From Candidatus Poribacteria bacterium (GTDB taxonomy: Bacteria > Poribacteria > WGA-4E > GCA-2687025), in NCBI GenBank assembly GCA_963665845.2, contig OY762492.1, forward strand, positions 3,616,001-3,680,000: a DNA stretch of 64,000 nucleotides, given 5' to 3'. Within the stretch, counting starts at the first letter, position 1, and every line of letters starts with the position of its first letter. Made by a program: the position numbers and the translations under genes. Below are positions 56,488 through 64,000 of the stretch, piece by piece. The notes under the pieces were generated by a model. It ran no database searches and was not told the origin of the DNA. It saw nothing but the letters and a program-made list of their open reading frames with translations.

Positions 56488-57497
56488 TGGAGCTGAAAAT
56501 GAATGACGCGGCCGTAGTCGGTCATCGCCCACGCTTTCTTTTCAAAGGCGGCGACGCCGGCGACGGTCCTTTTCAACGGCGACTTCTTGCCGAAGATGGT
56601 GACCGGCACTTCGACGAGGGTCCATGTTTTGCCGCCGTCGGCGGTGTATCCGATGGTTCCGTTGTCGCCGGAGAACCATGCCGTTTTGTCGTCCGCGGCG
56701 GCGACATCTTTCAGGTCTTCTTCTATCCCGCTGTTTTGGAGCGTCCAGGTTGTTCCGCCGTCGGTCGTCGCTTCAACCAGTCCGTCGCGTCCAACTGCCC
56801 ATCCGTGGTTTTCGTCGCCGAAGGCGAGGCTGGCGTAGTTCAACGCCGAGTTGTGCGCAATGATCCAGGTTTTTCCGCTGTCGGAGGTGGACATGACGAC
56901 GCCTGCTTTGCCGGCGCCGATCAGTATCCCGTTTCTCTCATCAAAAAAATGAACGTCAAGAAAGGTGACCTCGCCTTCCCCGACATTCTCGCTGGGAATC
57001 CCGCCCAAGAGTATGTCCCATGAACGTCCGCCGTTATCGGTATGAACGACGGTGCTGTTGCTTCCGACAGCCCATCCGATCTTTTCGTCCAGGAAGAAGG
57101 CGCTTTGCAGGTCAACCGACACCTTGCTGGTTTGGATGCGCCAGTTTTTCCCGCCGTCTCTTGTGTGAATTACGGAGCCGCGCTCGCCGACAACCCATCC
57201 ATGTTTTTCATCAACGAAAGCGCCGCCCATGAGCCGATCGGGCGCAAGCTTTCCTTGAATCTCCCAGGATTTGCCCTTGTCGCGCGAGAAGGAGACAGCC
57301 GCCTTCTCGTCCTCAAGCGTTTGCTCTCCGACAAGGTACCCAAACGAATCCTCAACGAAATAAATTTTGTTGTAGAATCCGAGAACATCGTTCGAGTCGG
57401 GCGGTTTGATCTCTTGAAAAGCGACCTGAGCCTCCGCGTTGACATGAACGAGCGCGAGCATCGAAGCGGCGGCGGCGAGCGCAATTTTTTTAAACAT
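56484..57497 (-). CDS. Secreted YCF48/BNR-repeat beta-propeller protein
   Basis: Signal peptide; repeated F.D...GW.VG..G.I..T.DGG.TW. Confidence 0.85.
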   Translation of the reverse strand: MFKKIALAAAASMLALVHVNAEAQVAFQEIKPPDSNDVLGFYNKIYFVEDSFGYLVGEQTLEDEKAAVSFSRDKGKSWEIQGKLAPDRLMGGAFVDEKHGWVVGERGSVIHTRDGGKNWRIQTSKVSVDLQSAFFLDEKIGWAVGSNSTVVHTDNGGRSWDILLGGIPSENVGEGEVTFLDVHFFDERNGILIGAGKAGVVMSTSDSGKTWIIAHNSALNYASLAFGDENHGWAVGRDGLVEATTDGGTTWTLQNSGIEEDLKDVAAADDKTAWFSGDNGTIGYTADGGKTWTLVEVPVTIFGKKSPLKRTVAGVAAFEKKAWAMTDYGRVIHFQLQ

Positions 57498-57623
57498 ACA
57501 CAGTCCTTTCCATTGACGTTGCAGGCGTCTTTTTTTAAGCATACCCTGATATGCAGCGGTACGCAAACGGAAGACCTGCGCGGCAGTACTCTCATACGGC
57601 GATACTCGCAGCGCCGCCTCCGA

Positions 57624-57714
57624 TTCCCCCTTGAAAAGGGGGGAACCAGGGGGATTTTCGGCTCGCGCGGACGTTTTCTCCTGGACTCTGGATTCCCGCT
57701 TGCGCGGGAATGAC
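57624..57714. repeat. Mosaic of palindromic repeats
   Basis: TTCCCCCTTGAAAAGGGGGGAA (57624) plus GATTCCCGCTTGCGCGGGAATGAC (57691). Confidence 0.85.
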
Positions 57715-57745
57715 GATCTGATTAAGAACCGCTCCGCCGATTAAA

Positions 57746-58687
57746 TTACAGCGGCGCCTCCCCGCGCAGTACCGCCAGCGTCTGCTGAATGTCATCGGGC
57801 GGGCGGACGCGGAAGGTTCGGCGTTCCCCTGTCGATGGAAGCGCAAAGCCGAGCCGCTCCGCATGGAGCATCTGCCGCGCCGCGCTCAAGAGACCGCGCC
57901 GAGAACCGCCCCCGTAGGTTGGATCGCCGACGACGCCGAAACCGATATGCGACAGATGAACCCGTATCTGATGCGTCCGCCCCGTTTCAAGCGTTATGTT
58001 CAACAGGGCGAAGTCGGCGCCTTGATAGCGGAACCGCTCCGCGGCGCTGAAATGCGTTACGGCGCGGCGCGGATGAACTCCTCCGACCGTGAAGCGCGTT
58101 CGGTTGCGCGCGCTGCGTCCAATCGGCGCGTCGATGACGCCGGCGTCCGGCGGCGCCCCGTACACAACGGCGCAGTACCGCCGCTCCGTTGAATGATCGG
58201 CAAACTGCGGGCGCAGCGCCTCATATCCGCGCGTCGTTTTGGCGGCGGCGAGAAGCCCGCTCGTGCCTCGGTCCAGGCGGTGAACAATGCCGGGGCGCAT
58301 CGGATCGCCGACATGCGCCATCTGCGGGCAATGCGCAAGAAGCGCGTTCACCAGCGTTCCCGACTCGGAGCCGGGCGCCGGATGCGTCGTCATGCCCGCC
58401 GGTTTGTTGACGACGAGAGCGTCCGCTTCTTCATAGACGATCTGAACGGGTATCGGTTCGGGCTGCGGGGCTTCGGGCTTGGGCGGCTGGAGCGGGTATT
58501 CGATTCGCTGCCCGGCGGAGACGCGAAAACCGGGCGCGGCGCGCTTGCCGTCAACAAGAATCTCGCCGGCGCGTATAGCGCGCTGGATGCCGCCGCGCGA
58601 CCAGCCCGCGGCGGCTTCGACAACCAGCTTGTCCAGACGCATGCCGGCGCCCTCTTGCGACGCCCAGAAGGCGGCTTTATTCGACAT
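57746..58687 (-). CDS. RluA/RluD-family pseudouridine synthase
   Basis: S4 domain RLDK; VVNKPAG..THP; RPGIVHRLD.GTSG; LETGRTHQIRVH; GD..YG; QMLHA..L.F. Confidence 0.95.
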   Translation of the reverse strand: MSNKAAFWASQEGAGMRLDKLVVEAAAGWSRGGIQRAIRAGEILVDGKRAAPGFRVSAGQRIEYPLQPPKPEAPQPEPIPVQIVYEEADALVVNKPAGMTTHPAPGSESGTLVNALLAHCPQMAHVGDPMRPGIVHRLDRGTSGLLAAAKTTRGYEALRPQFADHSTERRYCAVVYGAPPDAGVIDAPIGRSARNRTRFTVGGVHPRRAVTHFSAAERFRYQGADFALLNITLETGRTHQIRVHLSHIGFGVVGDPTYGGGSRRGLLSAARQMLHAERLGFALPSTGERRTFRVRPPDDIQQTLAVLRGEAPL

Positions 58688-58749
58688 GGGTATGCGCGGG
58701 CGCGCCTCAGCCTTTCGACGAGGCGCGCTGACGCGGCTTTCTCACAGGT

Positions 58750-59514
58750 TTAGTAATTGTCCGGGTTCAGCTTGTCGTTCATGATCGTCACGCGGATGGC
58801 ATCTTTTACCGCCGGATAGTCGTATCCGTCGTTGACGAGATGGACGACGCCGTTTTCAGCCTCGCCCGTGTTCGGACCTGCCTGGCGCGGCGCTTGGTTG
58901 GGCCCGACGCCCGGCTCTTCGTTCACCTCGGTGCCGGCGTCCCAGAGCATGACCTTGTCGGTGATGTCTCCTTTCAGCGGAACCGCGTACTTTTCGTCAA
59001 ACAGTTCGATTCCCATTTCGCTTGGGGCGTAAAAGAGATCGTTCGACTGGACGAACATGGTCGCGAAGGTGAGTTTGGAGCCGTACACGGCAGGGAAGGT
59101 GAACTCATAGGCTTCGCCCTTGCCAATCGGGGCAGGATCATGCGCGCCGACCGGGACGCGGAACGCGCCGCCGTAGAGAATGCCGGGGTCGGCGTCCAGA
59201 TGAATGGCGAGTCCGGACGGGTTCAATCCGGTCAGCGGGTTCGGGTTGCCGTCTTCGGCGAGAGGCTCAAGGCCCAGAACGCCCATGCCGCCGTCCGAGA
59301 AGAGCGGCGCGTCCGTCGTATGGAGCAGCCAGATGCCTGGCGCCAGCAGCACGGAGCCGTCAGAGATGTTTTCAATGCGTACGGTGAAATGCACCGTTTC
59401 GACAGGACCGTCTGGATTAAGCGGGTAGGGGATCGTCTCGCATCCAGCGGTCAAGAGAATCATGGCGGCCGCGCCAAGCGCGGCAACCGAAAAGTGTCGT
59501 TTTCGAATCTTCAT
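58750..59514 (-). CDS. Spondin_N-domain lipoprotein
   Basis: Lipobox TAGC; F.V.IEN, L.PG....H, LAEDG.P, FATM..QSND.F, LWDAGTE.N.EPG.G.NQ..RQ. Confidence 0.8.
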   Translation of the reverse strand: MKIRKRHFSVAALGAAAMILLTAGCETIPYPLNPDGPVETVHFTVRIENISDGSVLLAPGIWLLHTTDAPLFSDGGMGVLGLEPLAEDGNPNPLTGLNPSGLAIHLDADPGILYGGAFRVPVGAHDPAPIGKGEAYEFTFPAVYGSKLTFATMFVQSNDLFYAPSEMGIELFDEKYAVPLKGDITDKVMLWDAGTEVNEEPGVGPNQAPRQAGPNTGEAENGVVHLVNDGYDYPAVKDAIRVTIMNDKLNPDNY

Positions 59515-59629
59515 AGGACGAAATTCCTTCATTGAACAGGTTTGGATTCCGATCAACCGTCAACATACATCAAATTACCATAGCACACTCCCGCGCAATG
59601 CGCAAGAAAAACTGATTCGGCCGCGTCGG

Positions 59630-62506
59630 TCATTCTCCCGCCGCCGCTTCCAGTTGCTTGATCTGCTCCTGCGCCTTGATGCGCCACTCGCCGGGAACGC
59701 CCTTCAGCGTGAGCAGGTGGCGCAAACGCGCCGCCGCCAGCTTGGGCATGTCAAGATACTCATACACCGTCGCCAGGTTGTAGTTCGCCGAGAGATGCGC
59801 CGGGTTCAGCTTGACCGCTTTTTCAAAGGCGCGCGCCGACAAGCGCAGCTGCGATATATCATACAACGCCCGTCCGTACTCAAAAAACGCCTCCGGGTCC
59901 GTCGGGTTCAGCTCCGTCGCCTTCCCAAGATGCTCCGCCCCCAAGCTCGGATCCACCTCATGATGCATATACAGAAAACCGAGCCGCCGATGCGACATAT
60001 ACGAGTTCGGATTCACTTTCAGCTCAAGGTGAAAATACTGCATCGCCGCGTCATATTCGCGCCGCTTCTCCTCTAACAAGCCCAGCTCCGTATTCGCTTC
60101 GGGGTATTTCGCATCCAACTTCAACAAATTCTGAAACGTCTGGCGCGCCAGCTCCTCCTGGTCCATTTCGACAAACGTCTTCCCAAGCCAGTAACGCGCC
60201 TCAAGGCGCTTCGGTTCCAGTTTTGCGACAGCGCGAAAGTCGTCCGCAATGTCGCTCATCAGATACAGCTCCTCTCCCAGCTGGCGGTATTCGAACCGCA
60301 GACGGCCGCGCCAGTAATGCCGGTCCGCCGTCGGCTCAATTTCAATCGCGGCGCTGTAGGCGGCGTCCGCGGCGGCGAGCGCCGCTTCCCGCGCTTCAAC
60401 ATCCTCCTCCGCATCCGCGACCCGATGAGCGCACCGGGCGTACTCATACTGCCGCTCATGCATTTCAGGCTTCAGTTTAACCGATACGGCGTAATGCTGC
60501 ATCGCTTCGGTTAATTTTCCGCGCTTGTCTAAAAGAGACGCGAGCGTGTACTGCTCGTCCGGCCGATTTGGGTCCCGTTCCAGCCCCAGCTTCAACCGCT
60601 CTATGCCGGTCTCTTCATCTTCGCGGTCCAGACTGATTTTTGCAAGGCGGAGGTAGGGGTTCGCGCGTTCAGGATCCAGCTCAACGACGCGCAAATAGGC
60701 GGTTTCAGCCGCTTCTGGATCGGTCGGCTCCAGCAGCTCACCGATCTTCTCATGCGCGGACGCATGCGTATCGTCCAGCTCCACAACCCGCTGATAGACA
60801 GGCAGAGCGCGTTCATGGTCGTCCAACGAAAACAGCGTCTCGCCGAGCATATAGTGCGCGTCCGGGTCGTCGGGGCGCAGCGCGGTCAGCTCATGCATCA
60901 CCTCCAGCGCCTCCTCGCTCCGCTCCTGCGCGATGTAGATTTTGGAGAGGCGGAAAAGCGCGTCTTCAGTGTCGGGAGCGGTTGCCCGCAGCGTTTCGTA
61001 CTGCTCAAGCGCCAGCTCCGTCTTCTCCCCCTCTTCGTAGGAACGAGCCAGCAAGTAGCGGACGGAGGCGTCGTCGGGATGAATCATGAGATGCTTGTCC
61101 CACGCCTGCGCCGCTTCCTCAAGGCTCCCCTTCGCATGCGCGCCTTCGGCGTATTCCGCGTATTTACGCGCTTCGTCTGGGTTCAGTTCAACCGCTTTTC
61201 GCAGCGCTTCGGCGGCGCGTTCGCGGTCTCCGTTGGCGTAGAGCAGATCGCCGAGCGGGAAGTAGATGGTCGGCTCGTCTGGGCTGATCGCAGCGGCGGC
61301 TTCATAATGGCGTATCGCTTCGTTTGCGTTGCCGCTTGCGGTTTCGATTTCGGCGTAGAGAAGATGCGCGGCGCTTTCTTTTTGCGGCATGAGCGCGTTG
61401 ATGGCGAGCGCCTTGTCCAGCGCCTCGCGCGCGGCGGTTTCATCCGGCTGCTCCGCGTCATGGTACAAGGCGCGGGCCTGCTCAATAAAAATGTTTTCAA
61501 ATACGGCGTCCAGCTCCGCCGCCGCTTTATATTCTATTGCCGCCGCCTCTTTGTCCCCCTTTTTCCACAGCAGCTCGCCTAGCTCATGGCGCGCGTCCGA
61601 CATGAAGCGCGCGTTTTCAGGCGCCGCCTCTATAGCGCGCCGATAGTACGTCTCGGCGCGGTCGTCGTACTCCGCCTCCACCAACACGCGCGCCAGACGC
61701 AGCAGCTCATCTACCGGCGCCTTCCCCAGTATCCGCTCCGCCGAGTCGTATAGTTCCACCGCCTCCTCCGGCGAGCCTTGCGCGGCGCGCAGTTGACCGA
61801 GAAGAAACATCGCCGGGGCGTGCTGCTCGTCAATGACAAGCGCCAGGCGCGCCGACGCCTCCGCGCTGCCAAGGTCGTCCATCGCTTCATACGCGAGCGC
61901 CATCCCGTAGTGCGGCAAAGCCCATTCCGACGCGGACAGGCTCAACGCCGTTTCGTAATGTTCAAGCGCCAACTCAAACTCTTCCTGGACGCGCAGCGTT
62001 TCGGCGATGCCGTACTGGGCGGGCGCGAACGTTTCGTCAAGGGCGGCGCATTCTTGGTACGCTTCCAGCGCTTGCTCGAGGCTGTTTTGGTTGAGGTCGC
62101 GCTCTTTCTGCGCATGTTTCAGGAGGGTTCCGCCGAGCGTGAAATAGGCGAGGAGAAAATTCGGATCGATTTCGGTCGCTTCCATGAGCGCGCCGGCGGC
62201 GTTTTCAAGATCGCCAGGTTCGCTCCGCACCGCGAGCGCGTACCCGAACCCGTACAGCAGGGGGGCGTTTTCGGGCTCCATCTGCGCGCGGGCGGCGTAT
62301 TCGTCAATCACGGCGTCCAGACGTTCCGCCCCGCTCCATTTTTTGACGAGGCTTCGGTGAAGTTCAGGGCGTTTTTGACGCGCCTTTTCTACATTTTCAA
62401 AATCGGTCTGCAGCTCCTTCAGCCATTCCGATTCCTCCGCGCCGAAGGCGGCTGAAGACGACAAAATCGACAAGACGCATACCGTCGCGGCAAAGCGGTA
62501 CCTCAC
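59630..62506 (-). CDS. Large secreted tetratricopeptide-repeat protein
   Basis: Signal peptide; many 34-aa A.Y.LG......G....A...Y..A..L.P units. Confidence 0.88.
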   Translation of the reverse strand: MRYRFAATVCVLSILSSSAAFGAEESEWLKELQTDFENVEKARQKRPELHRSLVKKWSGAERLDAVIDEYAARAQMEPENAPLLYGFGYALAVRSEPGDLENAAGALMEATEIDPNFLLAYFTLGGTLLKHAQKERDLNQNSLEQALEAYQECAALDETFAPAQYGIAETLRVQEEFELALEHYETALSLSASEWALPHYGMALAYEAMDDLGSAEASARLALVIDEQHAPAMFLLGQLRAAQGSPEEAVELYDSAERILGKAPVDELLRLARVLVEAEYDDRAETYYRRAIEAAPENARFMSDARHELGELLWKKGDKEAAAIEYKAAAELDAVFENIFIEQARALYHDAEQPDETAAREALDKALAINALMPQKESAAHLLYAEIETASGNANEAIRHYEAAAAISPDEPTIYFPLGDLLYANGDRERAAEALRKAVELNPDEARKYAEYAEGAHAKGSLEEAAQAWDKHLMIHPDDASVRYLLARSYEEGEKTELALEQYETLRATAPDTEDALFRLSKIYIAQERSEEALEVMHELTALRPDDPDAHYMLGETLFSLDDHERALPVYQRVVELDDTHASAHEKIGELLEPTDPEAAETAYLRVVELDPERANPYLRLAKISLDREDEETGIERLKLGLERDPNRPDEQYTLASLLDKRGKLTEAMQHYAVSVKLKPEMHERQYEYARCAHRVADAEEDVEAREAALAAADAAYSAAIEIEPTADRHYWRGRLRFEYRQLGEELYLMSDIADDFRAVAKLEPKRLEARYWLGKTFVEMDQEELARQTFQNLLKLDAKYPEANTELGLLEEKRREYDAAMQYFHLELKVNPNSYMSHRRLGFLYMHHEVDPSLGAEHLGKATELNPTDPEAFFEYGRALYDISQLRLSARAFEKAVKLNPAHLSANYNLATVYEYLDMPKLAAARLRHLLTLKGVPGEWRIKAQEQIKQLEAAAGE

Positions 62507-63999
62507 TGTTTTTCCTCCTGCGCGGGAAGGGTGAAGCGCGAAGCGTCCACCCTAGCCAGACCTTTATTGGTCGCCATCCAGATCATGTTTCCAACCTTCA
62601 AAATGCTGCGTATCTCCGCCCCCTCCAAGCTGCGCGAATACGATATGCTGCCGCGGCTCCATTCTCGGCTTGGGCTGCGCGAGACCAGTCCGCCGTCCGC
62701 CGCGAGCCAGAGTGTCCCGTCATGCGCCGCGCTCCAGATCGTTCCCGCGCCGCCCCCAAACGCGGCGCTCAACCACCGATCTGACGCGGGATCCCATTCG
62801 GCGTACCCTTTCTCCGCTTCGGTTTGCCATGTCGCCATAACGGAGTTTTTGAGTATCGACAGGCTGAGGATCGCGGCTTTAGACGGCAAGCCGTCCGCCG
62901 AGCCGTAGGCGCGCCATGCGTCGGTTCCAGCGCGTCGGTCGTACCGCAGAACGCCTTTTTCGATGGAGCCGACCCATAGAAAGTTGGCGTCCATCGCAAG
63001 CGAGGCGATCAGGTCAGATTCGCGGAAGATGCGCCCGTTCCGGCTCGTGTAGGCGCGCCAGGAGTCGAGTTGGCGGTCGTATCGCGCGGCTCCTCCCAGC
63101 CCTCCGACCCAGACGGTGCGTTCGTCCATCGCGATCGCGTCCACGCGGTTGCCGGCGATGCCGTCCAGCGCGAGATACTGCGATGTTTCGCCGGTCGCTT
63201 TGTGATACCGAAAGACGCCCTGCCCGCTGGAGCCGACCCAGATTTCATTGTCATCGGCGGCGGCGGCGCGGATGACCAGTCCGTCAGCCTCCTCGCTGCC
63301 CAGAAAGTTCGCTTCGATCTTGGGCTGGGCAGAAGCCAGGTCAATGCGCGCCAAACCTTTCGAACTGCCGACAAGCAGCGTTGAGCCGTCCAAGGTCAGC
63401 GAAAAGATGTCGTTGGAGGGGAGTCCGTTCTCGACGGTAAAGAGCGACCAGGCAACTTCAGAGCGGAGAAGATTCGCTTCTTGAAACGTTTCATCGTCAG
63501 GATTGAACGCTAGCGCGCGTTCCGCCGCGTCGGTCGCGCGCGCCATATCCCCCTTTTGAAAATACGCATATCCGAGCGTGAGATACAGGCGCGCGGCAAG
63601 CGGCGAAGACGGATCCTTCGACAAAACCTCCTGGATCGCCGCGGTCAAAATGGCGGCCGCCTTGTCGGGCTGTTTCGTCTGGACATAGAGCGCGCCGAGC
63701 TGTCCGCGCGCCTCCTGCGCTTCCGGGCGGTCGGGATGATTCTGCAGGGCGAACTCATACGCCGCCAGCGCCTCCTGCAAGGCGATATTGCCGATGTCCG
63801 GGTCGTCCGAGGCGGCGAGCAGGTATTGAGCGCCGCGGTACGCCAGCTCCCCCGCCGACGGATCGTCCATAAAATTGGCGGCAAAGCGGGCGCATTCTCG
63901 TCCCGCCGCAAAAAAGTCGCCCTGCTCAATATACTGCTCAACAACGGCGCGCACCTTCCCGCCGACAGGGTAACGCTGCGGGTTCAATTTTGCCGCCCA
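62503..63999 (-). CDS. TPR plus beta-propeller (two-component regulator propeller-like) protein, 5'-truncated by window
   Basis: TPR helices, then repeats of the form GL.SN.I..L..D...LWVG...G..RYD; frame is open to the window edge. Confidence 0.8.
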   Translation of the reverse strand, partial: WAAKLNPQRYPVGGKVRAVVEQYIEQGDFFAAGRECARFAANFMDDPSAGELAYRGAQYLLAASDDPDIGNIALQEALAAYEFALQNHPDRPEAQEARGQLGALYVQTKQPDKAAAILTAAIQEVLSKDPSSPLAARLYLTLGYAYFQKGDMARATDAAERALAFNPDDETFQEANLLRSEVAWSLFTVENGLPSNDIFSLTLDGSTLLVGSSKGLARIDLASAQPKIEANFLGSEEADGLVIRAAAADDNEIWVGSSGQGVFRYHKATGETSQYLALDGIAGNRVDAIAMDERTVWVGGLGGAARYDRQLDSWRAYTSRNGRIFRESDLIASLAMDANFLWVGSIEKGVLRYDRRAGTDAWRAYGSADGLPSKAAILSLSILKNSVMATWQTEAEKGYAEWDPASDRWLSAAFGGGAGTIWSAAHDGTLWLAADGGLVSRSPSREWSRGSISYSRSLEGAEIRSILKVGNMIWMATNKGLARVDASRFTLPAQEEKQ

Positions 64000-64000
64000 T

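Noticed and set aside
1-64000. tRNA, rRNA or known riboswitch genes
   Set aside because: I recognised no cloverleaf or T-loop signature and no rRNA-like tract in the intergenic regions. A covariance-model scan could not be run.

Overview
This is a GC-rich (roughly 60-65%, estimated by eye) chromosomal segment from a diderm bacterium. The gene mix suggests Candidatus Poribacteria or a relative, which is an inference from the PhyH-family dioxygenase, sulfatase, URO-D-like protein, TPR and spondin proteins and a shared C-terminal V-x-P-x-G-K...W-G-x-L-K tail. Housekeeping blocks are: fused glyQS, rpsO-pnp, yceD-rpmF-fabH-fabD-fabG-acpP-fabF-folK, rplY...pth, moaA, an orphan nuoI and an RluA-family synthase. 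Accessory loci are interspersed. (1) A 3467-aa Ig-repeat surface protein with a T9SS/FlgD-like C-terminal domain, followed by a Cys/His-rich unknown protein and a PorV-like beta-barrel. (2) Three adjacent secreted proteins of two unrelated folds that share a 17-aa C-terminal motif (candidate protein-sorting signal), followed by a catalytically degenerate CPBP/CAAX-protease homologue. (3) A Type ISP restriction-modification enzyme with an AT-rich specificity region and two in-frame 24-bp palindromic insertions. (4) A nested set of small repeats: 11 ATTCCC-N-GGGAAT palindromes (10 with N8), CCCCCTTGAAAAGGGGG hairpins and three copies of a 25-bp-TIR MITE. I could not support any rRNA, tRNA, CRISPR array or transposase. 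Several start codons were moved from the ORF track using RBS, promoter or overlap evidence. All family assignments come from motif recognition, not database searches.
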